DNA from: an uncultured Pseudoclavibacter sp.
GTDB taxonomy: Bacteria; Actinomycetota; Actinomycetes; Actinomycetales; Microbacteriaceae
NCBI GenBank assembly: GCA_946221025.1
Contig: CAMIMS010000003.1
Coordinates: forward strand, 2,512-66,511
DNA length: 64,000 nt
Direction of reading: 5' to 3'
Each line of letters opens with the position of its first letter. Position 1 is the first letter of the stretch. The translations under genes and the position numbers were made by a program. Positions 20,365 to 28,272 of the stretch are shown here, piece after piece. The notes beneath the pieces are model-generated. The model saw only the letters and a program-made list of their open reading frames with translations. It searched no databases and was not told the origin of the DNA.

Positions 20365-21440
20365 TCGGCCAAATCGCCACTCGACGGTTGCGTGCCGGGC
20401 TGACCGTCCTCGTCGTCACGGTTGACGCGTGCATCCGGGGTGATCGGCTCATCCGTCGCTCGCGGCTGGCCGAGCCGGCGCGTCGATGGATGCGATGCCT
20501 GGCCCTTCGGCGGCTGCGGCTGGGACTGCTCAAGGAATCGCTCGAATTCCCTCGCGATTGCTTCGCCCGATGCCTCCGGCGCTTCGACCGTGTCGTAGGT
20601 GCTCTCGAGGAACGAGATGTAGCGAACGAGATCCTCATCTTCGGCGGTCATCTCGTTGATCTCCGCTTCCCAGGTCTCGACCTCGCTGAGGAGCTCCGAG
20701 CGCGGAATCGACAGGTCGAGCACTTCTTCGAGCTTGTCGAGCAGGGCGGATACGGCCTTCGGGGATGGGGATGAGTGCGCGTAGTGCGGAACGGACGCCC
20801 AGAGGCTCAGCGCCCGCAAATCGTCGCGCTCTCGAATAGCCGCGGAAATGATGCCGAGGATGCCGGTCGGCCCCTCGTACTCGCTCCGGCTGACGCCGAG
20901 CTCATCCCGCACGATCGCGTCGTCACTTGATGCGTAAACGGGGATGGGGCGGGTGTGCGGCGCGTCGGCCAGGAGCGCCCCGACCAGCACGATGCGCGTG
21001 ATCTCATGCTCATCAACGAATTCGATGACGCGCTTCGCGAACGTTTTCCATCGAAGGGTCGGCTCCACACCGCTCATGACGTAGATGCGCGAGTTTGAAG
21101 CCGAGATGCGCATTCCAGCGTCGGCGGCGATGTCATCGCCGCGCTCATCCGGGTTTTTCGGGCCGGTCACGACGATGTTGGGCCACACGATCTCGCGTTC
21201 GCCGCCGTTGAACTGCACCATCGGTCGGTGCAGCGAGTAGTCAAAGAACACTTCGTCGTCGCAGTTCCACAGCAGCTCCGACCGGTCGGCGAGGTGACGA
21301 CGAACCATTGAGACCGCATCGCTCGCGGCATCTCCGGCGTCGTTCCACCCGCGCAGACCGATCACGAGTGTTCGTCCGTCGGCAAACCCGTCCTTTTCGG
21401 ACGGGTCGTGAGCGGTGGATGAGTCGTGGTTCTCGGTCAC
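20361..21440 (-). CDS. PAC2-family (proteasome assembly chaperone-like) protein, Rv2125 homolog
   Basis: 359 aa; by synteny it occupies the mycobacterial Rv2125 position between mshC and trmI; shares CTAG stop with HxlR gene. Confidence 0.7.
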   Translation of the reverse strand: MTENHDSSTAHDPSEKDGFADGRTLVIGLRGWNDAGDAASDAVSMVRRHLADRSELLWNCDDEVFFDYSLHRPMVQFNGGEREIVWPNIVVTGPKNPDERGDDIAADAGMRISASNSRIYVMSGVEPTLRWKTFAKRVIEFVDEHEITRIVLVGALLADAPHTRPIPVYASSDDAIVRDELGVSRSEYEGPTGILGIISAAIRERDDLRALSLWASVPHYAHSSPSPKAVSALLDKLEEVLDLSIPRSELLSEVETWEAEINEMTAEDEDLVRYISFLESTYDTVEAPEASGEAIAREFERFLEQSQPQPPKGQASHPSTRRLGQPRATDEPITPDARVNRDDEDGQPGTQPSSGDLAD

Positions 21441-21593
21441 ATATCTCCTGACGGCGGCTGTGCGCCACCCGGTCGAGCTCGACCGGTGCTGGCAACACCA
21501 TCAAGAATAGGCGCGCGATCGCACGAGAATGCGGGGGCGCGACTGCGCGTCGATAGACTCGGGCGCCATGATTGCCGCCGTCGAGGTTTGCCA

Positions 21594-22706
21594 GTGAGCG
21601 CGAATCCCATTCCGATTCGCGGACCCTTCCAGCCCGGTGAGCGCGTGCAGATCACCGGCCCGAAGGGGCGCCTGTCGACGGTGCACCTGGAGCCCGGCGC
21701 CCGCTGGTTCACGCATCGCGGATGGATTGAGCACGACGACATCATCGGCCGCGATGACGCCTCGGTGGTGGTGGCATCTGACGGGGTGGAGCATCTCGTG
21801 ATGCGACCGCTCATGAAGGACATCGTCATGTCGATGCCCCGCGGCGCCGCGATCATCTACCCGAAGGATGCCGCGCAGATCCTCGCGAAGGCGGATATCG
21901 CTCCCGGCCAGCGAGTGGTCGAAGCGGGCCTCGGTTCGGGGGCTCTCAGCCTCTGGCTGCTTCGCACACTCGGTGGCTCCGGCGAGCTTGTCTCGTTCGA
22001 GCGCCGCGAGGAGTTCGCGGATGTGGCGCGCGGCAATGTGCACAGCGTGCACGGTCAGTCGCCACCGAATTGGCGCGTCGAGATCGGCGACCTGCAGGTG
22101 GCTCTGCCGGATGCGGTCGAGCCCGGGAGCGTCGATCGGGTTGTGCTCGACATGCTCGCCCCGTGGGAGTGCCTGGATGTCGTTGCCGGCGCCCTCACCC
22201 CGGGCGGGGTGCTGTGCTGTTACGTCGCAACGGTCACGCAACTTTCGCGCCTGACCGAAGCGATCCGTGACACGGAACGATTCACCGAGCCCGAGTGCAA
22301 CGAAACGATGGTGCGCGGGTGGCACGTCGACGGCCTTGCGGTTCGCCCCGATCACCGAATGGTCGGGCACACGGCATTCCTGCTCACCTGCCGGCGCATG
22401 GCGGATGGCTCCAAGCCGCTGCAGAAGAAGCGTCGCGGGTCGAAAACCGATTACACCGCCGAGGATGTCGAAATCTGGACTCCGGGGGCGCTCGGTGAGC
22501 GTGACATCAGCGACAAGCAGCTGCGAAAGCGTGCGAGGCGTGCGATGCGGGGGGCTGCGGCCGTTGCCTGCGAGCTCGATTCACCGGCGGAGCGCGATTC
22601 CACCACGTCACCGGCGGGTGAGACCATGAGCGACAGTGAGGCGCCCGCGGGCCCCGCACCCCACCCGGCACCCGCGGAAACGACACAACGAGAGGACACC
22701 GCGTGA
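21594..22706 (+). CDS. trmI: tRNA (adenine58-N1)-methyltransferase with about 90-aa C-terminal low-complexity extension
   Basis: class I SAM methyltransferase motif VVEAGLGSGALS plus the TrmI N-domain; GTG start at 21594. Confidence 0.82.
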   Translation: MSANPIPIRGPFQPGERVQITGPKGRLSTVHLEPGARWFTHRGWIEHDDIIGRDDASVVVASDGVEHLVMRPLMKDIVMSMPRGAAIIYPKDAAQILAKADIAPGQRVVEAGLGSGALSLWLLRTLGGSGELVSFERREEFADVARGNVHSVHGQSPPNWRVEIGDLQVALPDAVEPGSVDRVVLDMLAPWECLDVVAGALTPGGVLCCYVATVTQLSRLTEAIRDTERFTEPECNETMVRGWHVDGLAVRPDHRMVGHTAFLLTCRRMADGSKPLQKKRRGSKTDYTAEDVEIWTPGALGERDISDKQLRKRARRAMRGAAAVACELDSPAERDSTTSPAGETMSDSEAPAGPAPHPAPAETTQREDTA

Positions 22707-23725
22707 TTCCAAACCGATCGCGTTCCGCCAACGTCCGCCCCGCGGCGCTTCTGAGCGCCGCGCTTCTGCCGCTCTGGCTCGCGATGACCGGATGCACCGC
22801 GAGCGCGCAGAGCGATATGCCGGCGTTCGAATGCGAGTCCTCAGTCGAATCGGGCCCCGTGCTCGACTCGGTCGCCGTCAGTGGTCAGTTCGGGAATGCC
22901 ATCACGCTGAATCCGACGGGGGATATGACGGTCGACCAGCTGGTCGCGCACAGGCAGGGCGAGGGCGACGGGCGCCTGGTAACCGAGCGCGGCGTCATCG
23001 ATGCGAACTACACGATCGTGGACATGAGCAACGGCGCAGTGCTCGCACCGTACCGTCCGTTCACGATCACCGCTGACGAGAACTCCGCCGCAACGACAAT
23101 GGACGCGATCGCGGCGCAGCTGCCCGGGATCGCATCGGCGATGCAGTGCGCACGTGAGGGGCAGCGCGTCATCGCGGCCATGCCGATGTCGACGCTGTTC
23201 GGCGACGAGTCGGGAACATCGCTGCCGGTCGACACCTCCGTCGTCGTCGGGGTCGACATCGTGCGCGTGTACTCGTCAAGCGCCTCAGGCGTCGTCTCGA
23301 TGCCCAAGGACGGGTTCCCGGCCGTCGTGACGGCGCCCGACGGGCGGCCCGGCGTCACCATGCCGAAGGCTCCGGCCCCGGCCAACGAGCGCGCGTGGAT
23401 GCGCATCACCGGTCACGGGCCGACAGTCGCAGCGGGCGAGCAGGCGACCATTCACATGTCGATCTTCGACTGGGAGTCGGGCGAGGAGCTCGCCTCTACG
23501 TGGGATGCGCGAAACTCGGTCATCCGCGTTCCAATCGACCCGAACAACGATGGCATCTACGGGCTCACCAAGCACCTCGAGGGGCAGCCGACCGGGTCAC
23601 AGCTCGTGGCCGTCGTTCCCGCGGCCCGTGTGGCCGAAGCGCAGGGGCCGCTGCATCCGCAACTCGTCGCCGGGCGAACGCTCGTCGTCGTGGTCGATGT
23701 GCTCGGAACGGACGGTGCCGCCTAA
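22703..23725 (+). CDS. lipoprotein with C-terminal FKBP-like domain
   Basis: lipobox LAMTGC; C-terminal region resembles FKBP PPIase; GTG start overlaps trmI stop. Confidence 0.65.
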   Translation: MIPNRSRSANVRPAALLSAALLPLWLAMTGCTASAQSDMPAFECESSVESGPVLDSVAVSGQFGNAITLNPTGDMTVDQLVAHRQGEGDGRLVTERGVIDANYTIVDMSNGAVLAPYRPFTITADENSAATTMDAIAAQLPGIASAMQCAREGQRVIAAMPMSTLFGDESGTSLPVDTSVVVGVDIVRVYSSSASGVVSMPKDGFPAVVTAPDGRPGVTMPKAPAPANERAWMRITGHGPTVAAGEQATIHMSIFDWESGEELASTWDARNSVIRVPIDPNNDGIYGLTKHLEGQPTGSQLVAVVPAARVAEAQGPLHPQLVAGRTLVVVVDVLGTDGAA

Positions 23726-24639
23726 TGCTCGACGCACGCCGTCGCACGGCGAAACTCGCCATCACCCTCATCACCGCATCCCTGGCCCTGACCGGCTGCT
23801 CGGGCTCAGAAACCGAATCAACGACCATCTCGCAGAGCGTTCAGGTCTCGGACAACTACGGCGAGGCGCCCCGGGTGACGATCGGCGACACCTCCGGGCT
23901 CGGCACTGAGATCGAGCGAGAGATTCCTCACGAGGGAACGGGCGAGGTATTCACCGAGAACGACATCATCGTCGGTAGCAGCGTCATTTACGACGCGACC
24001 GACGGACGGGAGCTCGTCGCGTATGCGCCGCTCTCACAACCGTTCACGCTCACCTCGCAGGGCATCCCGCCCGTGTTCCGCGAAGCGTTCCAGGGGATTC
24101 GAAGCGGGTCGCGCGTGGCTGCCCTCATCCCGGGTTCGAAGATCGATGATTCGAACCAGTCAACGCACGCGGTGCTATTCGTCGCTGACGTCGAGCGACT
24201 CGAGCACACTGCCGCCTGGGGTGCACCCCAGGCACCGACGCAGACGCAGGTGACCGTCACCGACGGTGCGGATGGAGCGCTCGGCACCGTGACGGTCGAC
24301 TCGTCAAGCCCCGCGCCGACAGACCTCGTTCTCGACACGATCAAGCGGGGCGATGGGAAGGTCGTCACCGATGGAAGTTCGGTGGTGGTGCAGTACCGCG
24401 GCCTGCTCTACGACACGGGCGAGATCTTCGATGAGAGCTGGGCAAGAGACCTGCCCGCGCAGTTCGCCACGAATCAGGTCGTGCCGGGGTTCTCGCGGGC
24501 ACTGATCGACCAGACCGTTGGCTCCCGCGTGATCGCGATCATCCCGCCGGAGCTCGGCTATGGCGAGCAGGGGTCGGGAGACTCCATCCCGCCGAACTCG
24601 ACGCTCGTGTTCGTGATCGACATTCTCGGCGTGCTGTAG
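23725..24639 (+). CDS. FKBP-type peptidyl-prolyl cis-trans isomerase lipoprotein
   Basis: lipobox LALTGC; DGSSVVVQYRGLLYDTGEIFDES...LVFVIDILGV is an FKBP domain; TAATG coupling with upstream paralog. Confidence 0.8.
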   Translation: MLDARRRTAKLAITLITASLALTGCSGSETESTTISQSVQVSDNYGEAPRVTIGDTSGLGTEIEREIPHEGTGEVFTENDIIVGSSVIYDATDGRELVAYAPLSQPFTLTSQGIPPVFREAFQGIRSGSRVAALIPGSKIDDSNQSTHAVLFVADVERLEHTAAWGAPQAPTQTQVTVTDGADGALGTVTVDSSSPAPTDLVLDTIKRGDGKVVTDGSSVVVQYRGLLYDTGEIFDESWARDLPAQFATNQVVPGFSRALIDQTVGSRVIAIIPPELGYGEQGSGDSIPPNSTLVFVIDILGVL

Positions 24640-24687
24640 ACGAATGCGCACGAACCCGGATCGTCTCTGGCTCGAAAGCGGGCGCTG

Positions 24688-25725
24688 ATGGGGGAGCGGA
24701 TCTCGGCTGAGGAGCGTCAGTTTTCGCTCATTCTGGCGCTCATCGCTTCGCCTGCCGGCCTGAAGAAGCGAGACATTCTCGCGACTGTGAACGGGTACTC
24801 GCAGGATGCGAAAAACGGGGTCCCGGTCGAGAACCTCGAGCGGCGCTTCGAGCGAGACAAAGTCGATTTGCGCGAACTCGGCATTCCCGTTGACGTGTTC
24901 GATGACCCCGCCCATCCGGGCGACAATCGCGAATCTCGCTATCGCATTACCGAGGGCTCGTTCGCACTGGATGAGGGAATCACATTCGACGCCGACGAGA
25001 CAGCGCTCCTGGAGGCTGCGGCCGGCGTTTGGGCGCGGGGGAGCCTGTCGCTCGAATCGCAGCGAGGGCTTGCGAAGCTTCGGTCTCGCGGAGTCTCGAC
25101 CGCGAACCAGCACATCGGCGTCGCCCCGAGGCTCCGCAGCCGCGAGGCGGCGTTCGAGCCGCTGGCCGCCGCGATCGAGCGCGGACGCATCGTGGAGTTC
25201 TCGTATCGAAAGCCCGGATCCAATTCCACGGAACGGCGAAGACTCGCTCCCCACGCGCTCGTGCAGGCTGGCGGGAGGTGGATGGTCGGCGGGCACGATC
25301 TCGACCGGGAGGCAGACCGACGCTTTTTGCTCAGTCGCATTGAGGGAAGCGTTCGCGACGTAGGGCCGGCACCGTCACACCTGCGAACGAGCGAAGATGC
25401 GGCAAGCCGGCACCGCGCCGAACTCGACCGACTCGCCGAATCGCAGCGCGCGACGGTCGCGCTGCGACCCGGCAGCGATGCCGCGGTCAGACTCTCGCGC
25501 CGAGGGAGAGCGCCTGCTGAACGCAGTGCGGTCGCGTCGTGGCCCACGGTCGAGATTCCCTACGTCGATATCGAAGTGCTGGCGGATGAGCTCGCAGGGT
25601 TCGGACCAGAAGTTCGCGCGATCGCGCCAGCTGAGCTCGCCGAGCGCATCGCACAACGGCACCGGCAAACGATCGACACGCATGCCGCGCGCGTGGCAGA
25701 TGACGATTCGGGGCGGGAACGGTGA
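24688..25725 (+). CDS. pafB: proteasome accessory factor B (HTH plus WYL domain transcriptional regulator)
   Basis: N-terminal HTH (LILALIASPAGLKKRDIL), central WYL region, position upstream of pafC-tatA-tatC-helY. Confidence 0.85.
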   Translation: MGERISAEERQFSLILALIASPAGLKKRDILATVNGYSQDAKNGVPVENLERRFERDKVDLRELGIPVDVFDDPAHPGDNRESRYRITEGSFALDEGITFDADETALLEAAAGVWARGSLSLESQRGLAKLRSRGVSTANQHIGVAPRLRSREAAFEPLAAAIERGRIVEFSYRKPGSNSTERRRLAPHALVQAGGRWMVGGHDLDREADRRFLLSRIEGSVRDVGPAPSHLRTSEDAASRHRAELDRLAESQRATVALRPGSDAAVRLSRRGRAPAERSAVASWPTVEIPYVDIEVLADELAGFGPEVRAIAPAELAERIAQRHRQTIDTHAARVADDDSGRER

Positions 25726-26726
25726 GCCCGACGAGGGAGCAGCCCGACGGCCTCGTGCTGCTGGTGGCGCTTGTTCCGTTCCTTCGACGCCAGGATGGGC
25801 CGATCAGCGTCGATGAACTCGCGACTCAGTTCGGAACGAGCCCAAAGCACATGCGGGAAACCGTGCGCCTTCTCGCGATGAGCGGTGCTCCCGGCGATAG
25901 CGGCGCCTACCTCGATGCTGACCTCTTCGACATCGACTGGGACCTGTTCGAGGAGCACGACGAGGTGTGGGTCACGCACTTCGTCGCGCTCGAGCACACC
26001 CCGAACCTGTCGAACCGCGAGGCGGCCGCGTTGCTTGCGGGCATCCAGCAGCTTCGCTCGGCGGGTAGCCTCGTTGATGCGGCGCTCGTCGAGCGGGGGA
26101 CGGCCAAACTGACGAGCGCGACGCCGAGCTCGACCTTCGATCGACTCGCGTCGATCTCACCCGAGATCAACGACGCCACCTCGCGGGAAGCGCAGTTGAT
26201 CTCAACGGCGATCGCGAGCTCGCGTCGCGTTCGCTTTCTCTACGCATCCCCGACGTCTCCTGCCGCCGTTCGCACCGTGGATCCGGCAAGCCTTGAAGCC
26301 ATCGACGGTGACCGGTACCTGAGCGGCTGGTGCCTCGAACGGGATGCGCCCCGGCGCTTTCGACTCGACCGGATGCGTGACCTTGAAGTGCTCGAGGATG
26401 CGGCCGAAGAGCACGAGATTCCCGTGACCAACGTCACGTACACGCCGGGTGAGAGCGATGTCGAGGTTCAACTGCGCGTGGCCGAATCGGTCATGCCTCA
26501 GGTGCGAGAGTTCCTCCCGCCGTCACGGCGCATCCCGAAGCCCGACGCGACCGGATGGCGGAGCATCACCGTGCAGATGGGTTCCCTCGACGCGCTTTCG
26601 CGCCTGGTCGCAGCCAATGCCGGACAGATTGTGGTCGTGTCGCCACATGCTGCTCGGGATGCGGTTCGTCAGTGGAGCGAGACGGCTCTGGCGACCGCTC
26701 GTCAGACCGCTGTGACCGAATCGTGA
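25722..26726 (+). CDS. pafC: proteasome accessory factor C (WYL domain)
   Basis: LVLLVALVPFLRRQDGPISVDELATQFG HTH; RFRLDRM WYL-type motif; GTG start overlapping pafB stop. Confidence 0.85.
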   Translation: MSPTREQPDGLVLLVALVPFLRRQDGPISVDELATQFGTSPKHMRETVRLLAMSGAPGDSGAYLDADLFDIDWDLFEEHDEVWVTHFVALEHTPNLSNREAAALLAGIQQLRSAGSLVDAALVERGTAKLTSATPSSTFDRLASISPEINDATSREAQLISTAIASSRRVRFLYASPTSPAAVRTVDPASLEAIDGDRYLSGWCLERDAPRRFRLDRMRDLEVLEDAAEEHEIPVTNVTYTPGESDVEVQLRVAESVMPQVREFLPPSRRIPKPDATGWRSITVQMGSLDALSRLVAANAGQIVVVSPHAARDAVRQWSETALATARQTAVTES

Positions 26727-26751
26727 CCATTTCTCAGCATTCCGCGTAAGC

Positions 26752-27117
26752 TTGGGTTCCATGTTGCCGTGGTGGTCGTGGGTTCTGATCTGGGGAGGAT
26801 GCGTTGTCATCCTCGTCGCAGTGCTCGCGATTCTCGGTGTCCAACTGTTCCGCAAGTTTGAGGCGCTGAGCTCCGAACTCGAGAGGTTCTACGACCTGAT
26901 CGATGCGTTCGAAGCCCGCGCCGAGGAACTCGTAACGCCATACGAGCCACGCCCCAACGCCATCCTGCGCGGACCCGCGGCAGTCGCGGCAGAACGTGAG
27001 GAGCTTCGCCGTCGCATCGACGCGCGCAAACTCGCAAGCCGTGAACGCCGAATCGCGAAGGGCCGCCGCCTCGTCAACGACGATCCGCTCAAATACGCCC
27101 ACCTGGTCAGAAAGTAG
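26752..27117 (+). CDS. small single-TM membrane-anchored coiled-coil protein (hypothetical)
   Basis: N-terminal TM WWSWVLIWGGCVVILVAVLAILGV then charged helical region; TTG start 26752 or ATG 26761. Confidence 0.5.
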   Translation: MGSMLPWWSWVLIWGGCVVILVAVLAILGVQLFRKFEALSSELERFYDLIDAFEARAEELVTPYEPRPNAILRGPAAVAAEREELRRRIDARKLASRERRIAKGRRLVNDDPLKYAHLVRK

Positions 27118-27127
27118 GTAGCCGATC

Positions 27128-27400
27128 ATGCAAGGACTCACCGGCTGGCACTTGGTTGTTCTTCTCGTTCTGGTGCTGCTGCTGTTCGGCGCCTCCAAGC
27201 TGCCGAACCTCGCGCGCAGCCTCGGGCAGTCAATGCGCATCTTCCGCAGCGAAGTGCGCACGATGAGCGACGAGCGCGAAGCCGACGCTGCCCGCAAGGA
27301 AGAGCTGCGCTCCGGCAGCGACTCGGCGGCAACCCGCGTTACTGACCCCGCTCGTTCGACGGTCGATCCCGATCGGGACGACCGCACCGGCACGCGCTAG
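27128..27400 (+). CDS. tatA: twin-arginine translocase subunit TatA
   Basis: HLVVLLVLVLLLFGASKLPNLARSLGQSMRIFRSEV is the TatA TM plus amphipathic helix. Confidence 0.92.
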   Translation: MQGLTGWHLVVLLVLVLLLFGASKLPNLARSLGQSMRIFRSEVRTMSDEREADAARKEELRSGSDSAATRVTDPARSTVDPDRDDRTGTR

Positions 27401-27405
27401 CGAGG

Positions 27406-28272
27406 GTGACGGCTTCGCGTTCGGCGAATGCCTCCGGCCGAGACGATCGCGACCGCAGCAAGAAGAAACGCCGACAAAAACGTTCCCGCAACCCCGATGG
27501 GCGGATGCGGCTGGTCGAGCACCTGACCGAGTTTCGCAACCGCTTCATCGTGTGCGCGATTGCGATCCTCATCACGACGATCATCGGGTTTGCACTGACC
27601 ACACCGGTACTGGACGCCATCCGCGTTCCGGTTGAACAGTTGGATGCCGGGCGTACGGGCACCACCGCTATCAACTGGACCAATGTGACGACCGCGTTCG
27701 ACCTGCGCATGCGCATGGGCATCACGCTCGGCATCGTGCTCGCCTGCCCGGTCTGGCTCTACGAAATATGGATGTTCGTGATGCCCGGCTTGAAGAAGGC
27801 CGAGCGTCGCTACGTGATCGGCTTCGTCGCATCTGCAGTGCCCCTGTTCCTGGCGGGATGCGTGACCGGTTGGCTCGTGCTTCCACGCATTGTTGACGTG
27901 ATGGCGAGCTTCGCGCCGACTCCGGATGCGGTGCTCTTTGACGCGAGGGCGTACTACGACTTCGTGCTAAACCTGTGCCTCGCGGTGGGCGTCGCGTATG
28001 TGATTCCCGTGTTTCTCGTCATGCTGAACCTCGCCGGCGTGCTGTCGGGTAAGGCGATTTTGTCGGCGTGGCGATGGGCGGTTCTCGGCATCGCGGTATT
28101 CGCGGCTATGGCGACGCCCGCGGCTGATGTTCTCTCGATGTTCCTGCTCATGATTCCGATGACAGTGCTGTATTTTCTCGCCGTCGGTGTGGCACTTCTC
28201 AACGATCGCCGTAGGGTGAAGCGCGAGCACAAACGCCAGGAACAGATCGAAGAAGAACTCGCCAATAGATAA
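27406..28272 (+). CDS. tatC: twin-arginine translocase subunit TatC
   Basis: MRLVEHLTEFRNRFI then 6 TM helices; basic N-terminal extension as in mycobacterial TatC; GTG 27406, alternative ATG 27505. Confidence 0.88.
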   Translation: MTASRSANASGRDDRDRSKKKRRQKRSRNPDGRMRLVEHLTEFRNRFIVCAIAILITTIIGFALTTPVLDAIRVPVEQLDAGRTGTTAINWTNVTTAFDLRMRMGITLGIVLACPVWLYEIWMFVMPGLKKAERRYVIGFVASAVPLFLAGCVTGWLVLPRIVDVMASFAPTPDAVLFDARAYYDFVLNLCLAVGVAYVIPVFLVMLNLAGVLSGKAILSAWRWAVLGIAVFAAMATPAADVLSMFLLMIPMTVLYFLAVGVALLNDRRRVKREHKRQEQIEEELANR

